A DNA stretch of 64,000 bases, taken from Octopus vulgaris. Its lineage: Eukaryota. The notes below the pieces were generated by a model. That model did no database searches and was not told where the DNA came from. It saw only the letters and a list, made by a program, of their open reading frames with translations. The position numbers were made by a program, and so were the translations under genes. Below, in pieces: positions 1 through 15,300 of the stretch. Position 1 is the stretch's first letter. Each line of letters opens with the position of its first letter. The stretch is from the NCBI GenBank assembly GCA_951406725.2, contig OX597814.1:34968001-35032000 (forward strand). The letters are read 5' to 3'.

Positions 1-364
1 TTTTGGAGGGAGATATGAATTCGCATGTCTGTATAAGTGTAGGAATGCTAGCAGTTTCGTTAGATCGTTCGATGTCGCTGGTCGAGCTGGTGTAACGGGT
101 GAGTTTTTCCCCTAGCATTTCTCGATTTATAGGAAATATAATATTGACAAGGAAATGAGCCTTCGGTTCTAATCCAGAAACGATTGGTCTATAATTAATC
201 CATACGCTAGGATTTCGTTATTTTCTTCCTTTTTTGCCATATACAGGTTACAAATTCTGTTTGTTTGCGGAGACTTTTTATTAGTAGAAGAAATAGTGAT
301 CAATTTGGCTGCTATTTCTAATATCTTCGGTATGTGGTTTTGAGCAACTTGTTGCAATTAACCC

Positions 365-402
<38 letters not shown>

Positions 403-422
403 GTGCACATACAGGACGCACA

Positions 423-490
<68 letters not shown>

Positions 491-508
491 CATACATACA
501 TACATACA

Positions 509-1399
509 TATGAGGAGCTACTCCAATTAACCGGAAACGTTTTCTGTGGGACAATCCCCTTGTAGTTCATGCTTCTGCCACCATAAGCCACTTGATGCGA
601 TCCTCAATCATGAGTCTGCCGACCGGCATTTTCTCTTGAGATCGTACTGCAACGTGGTGCATCCTTACTTTGCTTTTCTCCTGTTCGTCGATTTTTGCGA
701 TGGCTGAAACTAAGGAACAGCGTGCTTCCGTGAAATTCTGTTTTCTTCTGGAGAAAACGTCTCCCGAAACAGTTGCCATGCTTCAAATGGCTTACAAAGA
801 CGTTGTCATGAGCAAAACACAAGTTTACGAGTGGTTTCTACGCTTTCGGAATGGAAACTTGTCACTTGAAACCAACGTCTTTCAGGGTGACCGTCGACCT
901 CCCGAACGAATGAAAACGTTATGAACTTTGGAGGACCGTCACCGAACACTAACGAACTTGTTGATATGACAGGTATGTCGTGGAACTCCCGTCAACGAAT
1001 TTTGAGCGAGGAATTGTGAATGGAGTTGCAGCAAAATTTGTGCCTTGCTTGTTCATGGAAGATCAAAAGCAGTTACGACTGAATGCGAGTTGAAAACTGA
1101 AAGAACAGTTGAAAGTTGATCTAGACCTTTTTTTGAAGGTCATCACTGGTGACGAATGCTGGTGCTACGAAATTTGCAGATGTGGGTGAAGTGAAAAAAA
1201 AAAAACAAAAAAAACAACGGAGGCGTTAAAACGCATCACTTCGTCGCAAGAGTTCCAACATTGCTTCCCACTGTGGAAAACATTTCTGGACCGATGCATT
1301 GCTTCAAATGGAGAATACTCTGAAGGCGATAAAATTGTAAACATGTAAAACTAAGTAAAGGAAATAATATTGCAAAATTTCAGTTTCTTTGTGGTTCTC

Positions 1400-1405
<6 letters not shown>
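509..1405 (+). mobile_element. Degenerate, internally deleted mariner transposon
   Basis: ORF 670-924 EQRASVKFCFLLEKTSPETVAMLQMAYKD..VYEWF (mariner HTH); ITGDECWCY at ~1140-1168; decayed TIRs tatgaggagc.. / ..ctccctcgca. Confidence 0.85.
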
Positions 1406-1493
<88 letters not shown>

Positions 1494-2324
1494 ACACACA
1501 TACAAACTCCCACATACATAACATAACATTCGTACATACAAAACATACACACATACATACATGCGTACACACACAAACATACACACACAAACATACACAC
1601 ACATATATTTATGCATGTTTTGTATGTACAGATGTATGTATGTTTTGTATGTTTTGTATGTACATAACATTCGTACATACAAATCATACACACATACACA
1701 CACACACACATATGCATGTATGTGTGTTTTGTATGTACGAATGTATATATGTGTTTGCTTGTGTTTACGTACGTGTGTGTAATGCTAGAGGTTCTGAGTC
1801 ATGTTCGATTTTCTCGGAGTAAACCTCATTAATACAACTGTATGCCTCATTGGAAGGTGATAATAGAAGACAGGTGGCATTATAGCTCTGTCATCATAGA
1901 ACATGTTTATAAAGCTACCACACTATTCCAGTAGTAAATCAGAAAACCCCCAACTCATTCAGACTTGCCGACAGAACACTAATTCAATACTAATATATTT
2001 TAAGCAAGAGAAGTCTAACATGTCACATATGTAATATCTAACAAAGTCAAATGATTAATGGTATAAAGATATTTTAGCAGGCTGTACAAATTTCCACCAG
2101 ATGAATCCGATAATACGTATATAGAACATTTTTTTCCCTGTCTTACTTTCTCTGCATACAATTGTGTGTGTACGTATGTGCGTGTGTTTGTGTGGGTGTG
2201 TATGTGTGTGTGTATTTGTGTGTGTATTTGTGTGTGTGCTTGTGCGTCCATGCGTGTATGTATATATATCAATATGGATATGAATAAATGTCTCTACCTC
2301 TCTCTCTCTCTCTCTGAATATATA

Positions 2325-2570
2325 GTGACCGACCAGATTGTCGGATGTTGTTACACATCGTAGGTCACAATGCACTTTGTATCATTTTAGCAGTTGAACG
2401 ACTACTACCCTCTGAGCAGCCGAACAGGCCAATATTCCTCCCGAAAGGGGTAATAGAGCAACGTGAAATGAAGTGTTTTACTCAAGAACCGAACACGCCA
2501 GCCGGTCTGGGAATTGGACCCACGATCTAGCGATCGTGAGTGCAACAGCCTAACCACTGGTCCTTCACAC
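2325..2570 (-). mobile_element. tRNA-derived SINE (diverged)
   Basis: Minus-strand head cagtggttaggctgttgcactcacgatcgc..; body gagtaaaacacttcatttcacgttgctc shared with 24358 copy. Confidence 0.7.
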
Positions 2571-3249
2571 TTTCGTCTTTGGAATATGAAACTGAATAAG
2601 CTTACGCATTGCTTCTATAGTTGTCGAACTTTTGCTAACTTAACCGCCTGTTTTTTCATGACCGTTTGTAGTCTCTGTTATTTTGTTTTATTGTGATAAA
2701 AATATGTGTAGGCTATACTTACAAAAGTTTGACCATTAACTTATATGCTAACTGCCACCTGTTAATTTTTATATGTTTACTGGTTTATTTTGGCAATGTG
2801 TTGCGTTATGAGTATTGTTTCTATGATTAATCATCTCTTTCTTGTGAGGATTTTTATATAATGTATAAATATTATCTACAAGCAGTTTTCTAAGTTTCTT
2901 TTGTAGCTTGTTATATAGAGTGCTGCGATTCCTTCTTGCTGTAAATGCATAGTGAACCCCCTAAAAAGTGTTGTATAACACGGTTAATAAAACAGCTGGA
3001 GTTGTCCTGGAAATAATGACTTTCTGTTTTACAATCAAGCTTGTTCATGAATTTGGTCATGAGCAGCTCCCTTTAGGGTTTATATGCTGGTGATGTGTTA
3101 TTAATAAAGCTTTTGGATTTGGTGCCTTCGTTGGATGTTACTAGTTATGGCTTATAGTCAGATGTGATGCCATTTGTATTCCTTTTTAGGAGTATTTTAA
3201 TTGCATGCTTTTTTGTTCGATAATTTTTGTATCTGTATGTTTATATCTA

Positions 3250-4700
3250 AATACCGGGTCTTATTTGTATTATTTTGGATGTTAAATTTTAATACAAAAC
3301 TATTTTTATTTTCTTAATCTTTCCGTGGCTACATTGTATAACATGAGTATACATACGCATTTTCATCGATATAAATGTTCAGTGAATGGAATTATTCCAG
3401 TGTTCGGGTTAACATTTTTGTCGGTAAACTGTCTTGTAGTTTCTAAGTGACATGCCTGTTGGAGAGTGTAATTCTCATCACATCCACAGCATGCTATGAC
3501 ATAAATTAAGTTTTCAGATGTGCAAGTCAAATATTTTTGTTTCAAAATTTTGTAGTTTTATGAAACGGAACTCTGAATCTTCATATGAATTAATACAAAT
3601 TCAATAATTTGATCTTGCACACTTCTTTAACTGTCGAGCTTGATGCAACAGTGGTGTGCAATTGGGCATTTTTACCAGTTTTTTTTCTCGGTGATTTTTA
3701 ACTGTTTTTTTTTTCTTTTTGGTTATATTTTGGTTTTTCTAAAATTTTGCTCGCTCTTGGGTCACATTTAATAGTGGAAATTTTGAATTATATTAAAAGC
3801 CTTGTGCGATGTGCTGAAATGTATGGTAAACTGCTTGCTTCTATTTTGGTTATTCTAGTTCTTGAATTACTGATGTCAATTTTCTCCGGATGATAAAGTC
3901 TTTCTAACAAAATATCTATTTCTTCGTTTAGCATCTTCTTTCTAGTGGTTGAATTTGATATCATCGTATGTATTCTTTTAGCTAAATTGAAAATAATATT
4001 GATTCTGGTGTCAGATGGCATGAATTAAAAAGTAAACATTACCCCTCAAGTCTGTCAGTTTATAATATGCTTGGGATTTCATTCTATTCGGGATTTTATA
4101 ACCAATATATATCCAAAAAGGGAATTTATCGCTGTCGTACTCCATAGTAAATTAGATGTTATTGATCATACCATTTATAAATTCAGAAAACCTATCCAAA
4201 CCTTCTTTTCATAGAATAAACAATATTCCAGATATCGTTTTGGGTTTACCTTCAAGTAACAGCTAAAAAAAAGAAAAAAGACTGCAAAGTTTGTTTAGAT
4301 TTTCCATTTCTTTTTATCTTAAAATATATTCTTATTAAATTTTCATACATCGGAATTCCCAACTCTTCAATTCTTGTTCTAAAACTTTTTACTGTATATC
4401 GCTTGGTCAAATTGAAAAATAAGTCGTTTTGTAAAATAAATCGAACTTCTTTAATAATGAATTGTCTTTCTTTATGAACGGTAATTCGTGAAGATACTTA
4501 TTAAGCTAAAGTTTATTGCTTGAGTTCCGTAATTATTTGTATACAGGTTAACAATACCAAATAAAGCCATTAAGATTTCTTCATTTGCTGTACGTAGAAT
4601 ATACTTTAACGTATACATGTCGTCTTATATGTAGCTATGCATAGGTTTCAATTATGTATACTTAAAAATTAGTTGGTGCAATTACAAGGAATTTAGGTTA
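3250..4700 (-). pseudogene. Highly decayed PLE (RT to GIY-YIG)
   Basis: Fragments FGIVNLYTN, PSDTRINIIFNLAKRIHTMIS, LPYISAH, LTCTSENLIYVIACCGCDENY. Confidence 0.75.
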
Positions 4701-5344
4701 GTGTCCTAAATCACTACTGTCAGTCGGGACATTATAGTACACTTTAACTGAATGTGGACAGCCAGGTATTCACTTGTAAAACTAAGTTTTAAAGCATAAT
4801 CAATTACGTCAATTAGTTTTAAATCTAAATATCACTATTTAGGACATTATATTTGCTCATCAGCTGATAAATATTTTAGCGTACAAAGCATTACCTCAGT
4901 TGTGACTCAAAATGCTTTTGAGAAAGCTAATTTTAATCACTGCATTGTGGTATCATTTAACGGAAAAGTTAACAACCAGCTTTTACGCTTGCCTGTTATC
5001 ATAAATATATCTATTAGAAGTGAAACCGGTATGGAATAATGTATTTTGGCATGATTTGATTAATACAAAATGAAATGTGCATGCTTTTTTTGTATTATTT
5101 TCTCCCTATGTATATATACATACATCCATGCATATATATATATGTATATATATATATCTATATCTATGTATATATATAAACATACACACACAAACACACA
5201 CACACATATATATATATGTCCCTTTGTCTGCCCTTGTTTGTCCTCTCTATGTTTAGCCCCCTGTGGGCAATAAAGTAATAAATATATATGTCATCAGTGT
5301 ATCGTATATCCGAAAGAGAGCACACTAAAAAAATAGAGCAGTAA

Positions 5345-6653
5345 TGTATTTATTTACAAACAGTTAAATACATGTCCGGTCATAGAGTAACCAATGGTCT
5401 TGCATCGATAAAGCGATAGGCCTTATAGACGGCTCATCACACTCAATGGCAGATGCAAAACCCTCTTCAAATTGGACGTAGAAAACTGTTATGGTCAATT
5501 AATATGTAAACAAAGGCTTGATGCTTTGGCCGAGTAATCTTCCTTAGACCAGTTTAGATGGCAAACTTTATGGACTTAAGTGACGAAAGGGGTAAAAGAG
5601 GAATCTTTACTCCTAGGCTGTTTCTAGTCTGTGGATACTATTTCGGCTTTAATCAGCGAGTGGAGAATTGGTGAATGAGGACTCCCATGCCTGTAGCAGG
5701 TAGTACTTTAAATGGAGGCTTGGGCTATAAAAGTCACTTACGGCCTGTAATTTAGTATTCTTTCTTGCTCTGCTATGCAGAGCTTGCATCACCGTTCCTG
5801 TTAATGTAGGGCTCCGGCTGCTCTATAATCCTCCATTTAGCTTTGTGTGGGATTCCATTATCCTTAAGCTGCCATACATGGCTTGTCATGGAATTGACGT
5901 ACTGTCTTTCCGTAATCTTGAAAGAGCACATGTGGTTGTACAGGCGCCGCTTAAAGGCAGTTACGGCCAACCCAATATATCTCCGAACCTGATAGCTGGC
6001 TGTGTTCACACTCCTGGTGAAACTTCCGTTGACCCTGGGCTTGGGGTTGATGTTGCTGCCGCTGCTGTTACTGGAAAAGTCAACGGTGCTGTTATTACGG
6101 GGCGTAGGTTTGGCGATATCGCTGTAGTTGTTTTCGCTGTAGCTATCCCTGACCGTTGGTGTTGCTGTTGCTGTTGCTGCCACTGTTACAGATGTTGTGG
6201 ATGCTGTCGCTATTAACATTGGGCGTGGGAAAGGTATCTTCGCTAGTGCTGTTGCTAACATTTATAGCCCATGCCTCCATTTCAAGCGCTACAGGTACGG
6301 GATTCCTCACTAGCCGATTCTCCACTCACCTATTAGAGCCGAAATGTCATCGCAGACTGGAAACAGCCTGGGAGACAGAGAGTCTACTTTCACCCCTTTC
6401 GGCACTTAAGTCCATAAAATTTTACATCTAAACTGGTTTAAGGGAGATAACTCGCAAAAGACTCAAACAGTGTTAGCCTTTGCTTACATATTTACTGACC
6501 GTAACAATTTTCTACGTCCTGTTTGAAGAGGGGTATGCATCCGCCATTGGGTCTGACAAGTCATTTATAAGGCCTAACGCTTTATGGATGCGAAACCATT
6601 GATCACCCTATGACTGGACATATATACTGCTTGTATATAAATAAATAAAATAA

Positions 6654-6655
<2 letters not shown>
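5345..6655 (-). mobile_element. PLE-derived element: GIY-YIG remnant between ~390-bp diverged inverted repeats
   Basis: Arms 5345-5732 and 6258-6655 are reverse-complementary; spacer encodes YIGLAVTAFKRRLYNH..MTSHVWQLKDNG..KWRII, then CKLCIAE in a shifted frame. Confidence 0.85.
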
Positions 6656-6688
<33 letters not shown>

Positions 6689-6713
6689 CATATATACATA
6701 CATACATATATAC

Positions 6714-6763
<50 letters not shown>

Positions 6764-9311
6764 AATATCTAACACTAAACTTTGTAGTTAATTAATATTA
6801 TAATCGATATTATTGTTACTTTTACGTAAAGGAATATTTAAAAACTATATCGTATTCATAAGTATGAATATCTGAAATTGATAGTACTGAACCAATAAAA
6901 GATTTTAATATGAAATATTTATCCGGTATTATAAAATTGTCAAATTCTAATGAAAAAAAGCAAAAATTTCGAAAAGACATCCTACGTGACACAGTAAATA
7001 CAATGATAATTCTGCTGACATCAGCAATACTACTTTCAATAACTATATTTTATAATGTAAGATTGTATATCAGAAATGATGATACGAGAGAGAGCTGAAT
7101 GAGTGGTTTTATCACATGTAGAGATTATGGAAAGATGGATATTGGCACTGCTTAAGGATAACTGGAACATATCTGATATAGTAATAGATGATATTTAGGA
7201 AATAAAATGCTAGTATTTGCGAAAAATTATTAAGAGATAATATTAACTCGGAAAACATTGGCATTTGATAAGTCTTTCAATAAATATCTTTCTCATTCCA
7301 AGCAGTAATCTTCTCTCTCTCTCTCTCTGTGCTCCTCTTTCTCTCTCTTTCTAGAGACCAACTAATTTTATGACATGTTAACAATTGATTCTGTTTCTTC
7401 ACTCCCACCACCACCACCACATTCTTTACATACTAAGGCACTTTAAAGTTTACTGAAAAATAATTTGGTAGAAAAATCCAGTTAAACACCTTGCCTCACC
7501 GTGTCATGCACTTAAACAAATTACAGATTACCACAATTCTATTGCGCTTAATTGAATGAATAACTGAGTGTGTCAGTACTATAACCTAAATACGATCATA
7601 TACATGTATGTGTATGTTTAGAACTGATTCTAAACTGATTTAAACATGCATGTTTAACATGCTTGTTTGTATATTTGCGCACGTGTGCTCGCGCGCGAGG
7701 CAAAATCGATGAAGAGTACAGTGAAATTCTCATCAGGAATATAAAAAGAAGGTCTCTCTGAAGACATGCATTATCTACCCCCCACGACAAGTTCACGTAC
7801 TCATTTTAAGCATTTTACGAATAGTATCTCTTACCGAGACAGGCCAACACTCGTTTCATTTTGATTCTCTCTTATCGTATATACATACATATCCACACAT
7901 ATACATATAATATATAGATACATACGCTCATACACACACACGCTCATACACACACACATGTATATATATATATATGTAAATGTGTAATATGTTCATGATG
8001 TTTATGTAAGTGTATATGATCATATATGTATGCATACATCCATACACACGCATGCATAGATATATTTATATGTATGTATGTATAAGGAAAGGATATACAA
8101 TAAAACGACCGACGAATATCCTCAAGAACGAACAGAAAGCGTAGAACATAACTGGAGTTGAGAAAAAAAAACTGTTTTGCTATCATTTACGATCTGCGGT
8201 AAATACTTTTCATATTTTACCGGACGTAAATAATTTAGAAAATGTTTTTTTCTTATAAGAAAAAAATATTTTTGTATGCTTACCACTAAAGTTAGATGCA
8301 TTTAAAAAAGAAATCTCATGTTCACTTCTTTGATCACCATAACAACTTTTTCTTTTATATTCACGGGAATGAATCGATAAGTTAGAATCCGTTGCGAATG
8401 TTTTTCACATTTTATCTCTAAAATGTAACTAAATTGTATTTTTTCATCCTCATATTGAACATAAATTACATTACTGTTTTTTTTTTTTTTTTAAATTTTC
8501 CCAACGTTATTCTTTTTATATTTACAGTTATCTCGCCTAGTCATAAAAATATTGGCGAAGTTTGTAGCATTGAAATTGATTCAAAATCCCCCAAATATAT
8601 ATTGTTTCTTATAATCCAAGACGCAAACATGACATATTCCTCACGTCCTACCCCTCCTTTAGCAAAAAAGAAAATGTTTCCCTCAGCCACTCTGAAACGA
8701 ATGGTAGATTGTCGAATTCAAGCTGCTAAATGTGAGAAATATGTTTATTATAAGCAAAAGAAGTGTGGAAGCTTAGTACAATCCAAAGAACGGTAATTTA
8801 TTTCTCTTTCGCTTCCCTCTTTTTTCTTCTATAAATGAATTCATTTGGCATGATCAGAAAATATTACACTGTAACGAAGAGCTCTGTCTTAAACTTCAGT
8901 ATGTATGTATCTTACATGTATGTATGTATGTCCACTTATGTACTGTATGTATGTATGTATGTATGTATGTAGTCTTGCCGTCTACAGCGACGAAGACGAA
9001 AAATCAGCCGAAAGCAACGTAAATGTGAGACCAATATTTGTTTTGCTGAAGTGCCTACATACACATACTCGCACAAACATAGATACGCATGTGCTTCTGC
9101 ACAACAGTTGCATGCGTGCGCACACACAGAAATGTCTTTAGAGCAAATCTACCCTGAAGCATACCATCACTTAAAGATATACTTGATATTACGTTTCAAA
9201 CGGTGGGCATTGAATATATTTCTTTGTTTGGCATTGTTCAACATTTAATGAAATATATTTATTATATCGGAGGAGTTTGTAATAACAAAACACGGGTGCC
9301 AAAAGACTATT

Positions 9312-9398
<87 letters not shown>

Positions 9399-12300
9399 AT
9401 TTTCGTTGTTGATGTTGTTATCGTTGTTCTATATTGGATATGCTTCGCGTCGTCTCGTAGAAGATTTGTTGTTTTTGTTGTAGATACCGTTTGGTTATAA
9501 TTATAAATTTCCTTGAACGTTACGTGAAGAGGGAAACAATAAGTGCGAGATTTAAGGGGCACCTTTCTTATAACAAAGCATGTGTCACCATATCATGCGT
9601 TTTAGTGTTTAGGAGGAGAAATGATTCTCACGATCAAAATACTGAAGAGCGGCAATTACTCGTACTCCGATTCAAACATCCCCATCTTGACTACAAGCGG
9701 CAGGAAAATAGACGTATACGAAAACAACAAGTGACCTAACAGTAACAACAATTATACCAATAGCTATAACAAAACAGCAGCTGCAACAATAAGAACAAAC
9801 CAGCAAAAAGACAACAGTATAGCAATAGTAACAACAAAAACGAGAGCAACAATAAAAACAGCTGCAACAACAAGAACAAGAGCATTAATAAAATTAGCTG
9901 CAACAACAGCCGTTCAAGAATTTGGACCTGGAGATCTCCATTTCCAGCGACTTCGAGGGCCACGCCCCAGTGGTGTCGGGCGTCAACGAAGAGCCCTCGA
10001 CTACAACAAGACGGCCAAAGCTTTTTTGTCTAAGGTCTGGGGTCTCCCACCCCTAAGCCCTAGACCATCACCTAATCACCCTTACCCATCTTGTTGCTTA
10101 ACAAGAACAACAAGAACAACAACAATAACAACAGCTGCAACAACAACGATGTCAACAAAGTAAGTTATGCGTTCAACCCCGTTGGTGAACAATTTTTTGT
10201 TGCATTTTGATGAAGTCAACAAAATATTTTTCTCTCTCATTAAACAAGGAGGTACGCCTTACACAAGCAGCGCCGCTTGTGAAAGTGAACGGAAGGAGAA
10301 CCTAAGTTGCAACCCTAATTGTGATTTTTGGAAGCGACTGTCCCTAAAACAGGATCGGCGAAAATCTGATGCATGAAGTAGAAACACACATCAAAAAGAA
10401 CAGATCACTCAAACATATATGGACAGACATAGAACACATTATTAAGGCTAAGCAATTCAGGAGTATGGCGGTACTTCAAAATCGAAATCTTCGCGCTGAG
10501 GCACTCTGCAGTTCCTATACATGACAGGAAACTATCACTTACTCAAAGTATTTTCTAAGAAGGACCTGTCGCGTTAAGATAGAATGGGTTCCACCGCGAC
10601 TAGACAAACAGTGGATATTGTTCCATGTTGTCTTGGAGGGCATAGATACTCTCCTCGACGTAAAAACGAAGTGAGAAAAAATTTTTGTTTTGGGTCTATA
10701 GTGGAGATCCTTCTCTATGTGAAGCCGTAATGTAACCGTTTGTTGCTGTCGAGGACAAAAAGACAAGAGTTCACATTCATGGTACTTAAAGTCACTTAAG
10801 AGCTTTCTGTTCCCAATAAACAGGGAAGGGGGGACATCTACTATTGCCGGAGCATAGGTCCAACAGCAATAGCAGGATTGGAGTTTGACAAAATTGGCCG
10901 GCCATTGCTTCAGGAAGTTGGTGTTCTTCCGTGGGATACTCAAAAGGACAGCTAAGGCAAGACCAGGAAGATATCTGAATCAAATTTTTGTCCAAAGCGA
11001 AGGTAAAGCTTTCAGTATAATCTGCTTAAGCCTTAACATTTAGGACTGCGTTGGAATAGGCCGAGAATTTACTGATGTACTTGTTAATCGCAGTATATAG
11101 GGCTGCATAATACAATAACGAATATCAGTGGAAATGAAAGGGACACAGACCATTGGCTCGTTGTCGCCTTTGTAATGCAGATGTGAGCAGAATTAGCATA
11201 GAAGGAATGAGGAACGACACATGGTAGGGAGGAGGTCACTATGATCTTGCAAGCTCTGCTATCTGCTTCGGACGATAAAGTTATTCTAGAAGTATCGTTC
11301 GACATGAGTGTTCAGACAAAGTGATGAGATTGATGGACAGGAAAAATAAAGCTCAATTGTTATAATTGTGTTTGCAAGGGATTTTTGTTGTGCAGAGCTA
11401 GAGAAGCCGAGAGAAGATGACGATGGTAGGCAGTAGTGCCACATCCAGTCTTCAGGAAATCATTGATAGCGAACGTAGAGGTAGCTGTCTCTGTATCTTC
11501 ACTGTGAGTCGCATCGACGATCGTAGCCCCAAAGGTGGCCAGAAATGCCACCTTAACATCGGCTTCGGAAGTGAACGATAAAGGAACCTAGACAATTAGA
11601 ACAAAAGAACATTGTACAGTATTTGCTGCATTTGAGTTGCACAGACCCCCACTTGTCTCTCTTCTCGCGAATAATGAGAGCAATTGATAGGTCGTTTGAG
11701 CATCTGTAATCAATGACAATACAATTTACAAAACGAGATGTAAAATGTTAAATCTATAACGTTCATGGAAAAGTTGAACAGAATTTGACAGGAAATAATA
11801 TAGAAACTGGCCTTCAAGTTAACTTTTGCTGGCATATTTGGAGTTTCAGATCAATACAACGACTAGCTTCTACTAATAAACTAGAATCTACTCGTTCTGC
11901 TTTACTAGAGCGAACACGAGCCTACACAGCAACAACAATAGCCGTAACCCAAACCTGTAAAAGCTGATGTCTTCCATATCAGCGTTTTTATATACTTTAA
12001 AGATATATTGCAATACACCGAAAAATATATATGTATATGCGCGCGCGCGCACACAAAATACATACATGCATACACACATACATACATATACATACACGCA
12101 CATGTATGGATGGATATATATATATATAAATAGGTAGATATATAGATATAAAATACTCTATTGACAGTGGTATTGGTATCACGGCTTTATTATAAACAAC
12201 CTCACTGAAATCAGTATTTTGTTCATAACAATTGCTTTTTTGCGAAGACCAAAAGTGTCACCGATTTAAATTACAACATCGCAGTATTTAGAAATTGTGA

Positions 12301-15300
12301 AATTGATATAGGTTTGTGTTGAAATTGTAATACTTGTCAAAATGTTTATTTTTGTAAACTCGTTGGAGACATCAGAAGAAATTTTATTGAGTAGGTATTG
12401 TTACAAACTTACATAGTTTCAATATAAATGTCTAGTTTTTGTGCCAAGAATAATGAAAGCACATGTATTATATGTATATAAATAGATGTGTGTTGCCAAA
12501 ATGTCTGGTGGAAAGCCAAACCAACAACAGGAAACTATTCAAAGCTAGATTGACCAACAGAAACGATATATTTTTCATTGAAGTTTGTATCATGTAAATT
12601 TCGAATGGTGGTTGGAAAGTTATTTCTCCCGGAGCTACGTTTAAGAATTGTAACAAACAAAGTGACTATTTGGGTCGACGAGGTTATTGTTCTAAAACAA
12701 CAGTGCTTTGCTATACCGTGTAAATTTAGAATTCTAATTGAAATTTGATTTAGCCGCTAGGATTGACAACGCTGGAATTTTCGAACAGCAGAGCGACTAT
12801 AGAACATAACGGAAGCAACCTATTAAACGAAAAGACTCATAATTGCTCTCACTAAATTAAAAGAACTTACAGGGTCGAATTTACTGATAGAATCCCATAA
12901 ATCAGATATATGATAAAGTTATACACATTATAGTTTTAAATTTTCGATTAGTTTTCGTAGTTTTCTAAATAATGGAACTATAACTGTCTTTCAGTACTTT
13001 CTTTTATCTGAGATTATCTAACAATTACGTTATGTTATGGGCAATATTTTAGTACGAAGTATTTGGTTCTTTAACACTAAATCGATAAATATAAAACAAG
13101 TACAATCTACCAGCATTACCTGAGTTTAACAGCATTGAATGGGCGCGTGTCAGATTCATATCTAAATAATATGCTACACTATATACAATGCATTTTATCA
13201 ATAGCCAGAGAGCTAACATGCCAGGTAAAATAGTCATTAATTTCATACTCAAAATTTTAGGCATTCATTCAGTTGCGTTTCTTGCGTAAGAAAATATAGA
13301 TAAAAGCTATTAAACCTAACAAATATGCTTTTAATTAGTTGTTTAGTTTCAACAAGAAGTTGACTAGTTCTGGTATACAGAGTAACTTCACATCAGTTGT
13401 TCACTCGTTAGCTTATTTAAGATCTTGCGTCAGTTCAACTAGTACAAAGATACCGAATATTTTATTTTCATACTGGCACAAGGTTTTAGATCTATAAAAA
13501 ATCTGGGCGAGTGATACTGGGACACTTATAACCTAGGTCACATAGAGATACGTATAACCTTGTCACATGCAATAATAAATAACGAACAACCTAATCCACT
13601 GTCTAATACTAACTGATCAAATTATGAACCCTAGTCATTGCCACCATGCGTTTTATTTTAACTACAAGGTACCTATTTTAGATAGTCATAAAATGTGCAT
13701 GCTTGTCGTTATCGATCTAATGATGGAATCTCTTTTTGGTTGCACAATATGCTTGAACTAGCAACCAAATCTTTCTGAAATAACAGTCTAGTATTTATAA
13801 CTATGTAGCCGATGTTGAATAATGTAAACCAGAGGTGACTCGGAAATTAAACAACATCAGTTTATATGTTATGTTATTCCGGTGTTCACAGATATGACGT
13901 TGTATCCAGTTAATATACGACCTCAGTCACTATCTCGCTCCTTCATACTTGGTTACAAAATTTCTTTAGATGTTTTCACCAATTTTGCTTTTCTTTGTCA
14001 CCAACTACATACTTGCAATATTCTCATAATCCTATATCTTAGTACCGGCCTTTAACTGACACCATACTATATTATGCTAATTATCTAATCACCTCCACCT
14101 CAAAATACATTTGATATATCCTGTTAAACCAGATATAATGTTTACAAAGCTGTCATGGTATTCTTTGGCTATTACAAATACTTCGCCAATTTTGAGAGAA
14201 ATTAAGAAATAACATTTCCACGTCAAAGAACGAACACCCGTAATTACATTGGCTAATTTGTTATTACTCTTCTTTTTATTGTATTACAGTTCCTTGTTCC
14301 GAAGGTAATGAGTAAACTTTGCTTTAAGTAAAGCGAGTGAAGAACATTGATGTAGAATGTTGCATTATTCATGAGAGTCTGTAATATTTTGGGAAACTAA
14401 AGTGCTGACCAATATTACCGGGACTTAATCATCAAGCATAACAAAGAACGGTTTCTTTATCTAGATCATAATAGTAGCCTACTAACAGCTATCAATATTC
14501 TGTGGTCGACAGCTATTCAACTTGTCAGTAAACTGTAGTCATTTATTAGGTAGCTCATTTCCGAGTAGAACAAAAGTTGTGAGCATATTTTCAAACATTG
14601 ATTTGACGTTCAAAAGCATTGATTTGTTCTGTTTATACTTGTTCAAGTTAGTAAGAAGTGTTATATTACTATCCAGAGGGAAAATGATTCGGTGTCAAAC
14701 GATGCAATATGAAGAACAATATAGCATATCAAAATCTTAATATAAACTTACCTAAATTAAATGAATGTAATCTCTAAACACTTATCGTCTAAAGTGAAAC
14801 CGCTTATTCATAACTTTACCCAAGAATTATATTAACAATGAACATCTTATTGCATTCTACAAGAGCGAAATATTCACCATAAGGATTTGCTGTTCTTATA
14901 GCTATAAGAATCTTGGATGTCAATGAATTTCAGTAACTTGTCTACTGAAGCCGAAGTAGTTCAGTGTTAGTTGGATTAGATGGAACATACCTATCATTCC
15001 AACCGTGAGCATAATACCTCTCTTTCATACTGACATAGTTATAGAACCACACTTTCCAATGTGACTTGTTTTACGGGAAAATTCGTCGCTATTTCTTGCA
15101 GATCGAGCGGTTGCCAATTGAGTGAACGAGGGTGGGTTCTATGAAGTTACTCAAGCTGAAGGAAGACAGGTTGACTTTTAACAATCTGATAGTTGTTCAA
15201 TTTGTAACTCTGTTTCCAACCATTATTTTACAACCAGTGGACTCGATATTAAGAAGATTACCAAATGCTACGTCTACTATAATGTTGTTACAACAGTTTC

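Noticed and set aside
1-357. Possible PLE C-terminal remnant (ICNLYMAKKE)
   Set aside because: A single weak motif at the window edge
5287-5325. ctgatga on the minus strand next to the PLE arm
   Set aside because: No downstream helix II or GAAA; at best a truncated motif
8978-9035. Hammerhead-like gcgacgaagac..cagccgaaag
   Set aside because: Core and helix II too degenerate to call
10400-11600. Possible LINE ORF1/endonuclease remnant
   Set aside because: No motif could be read with confidence
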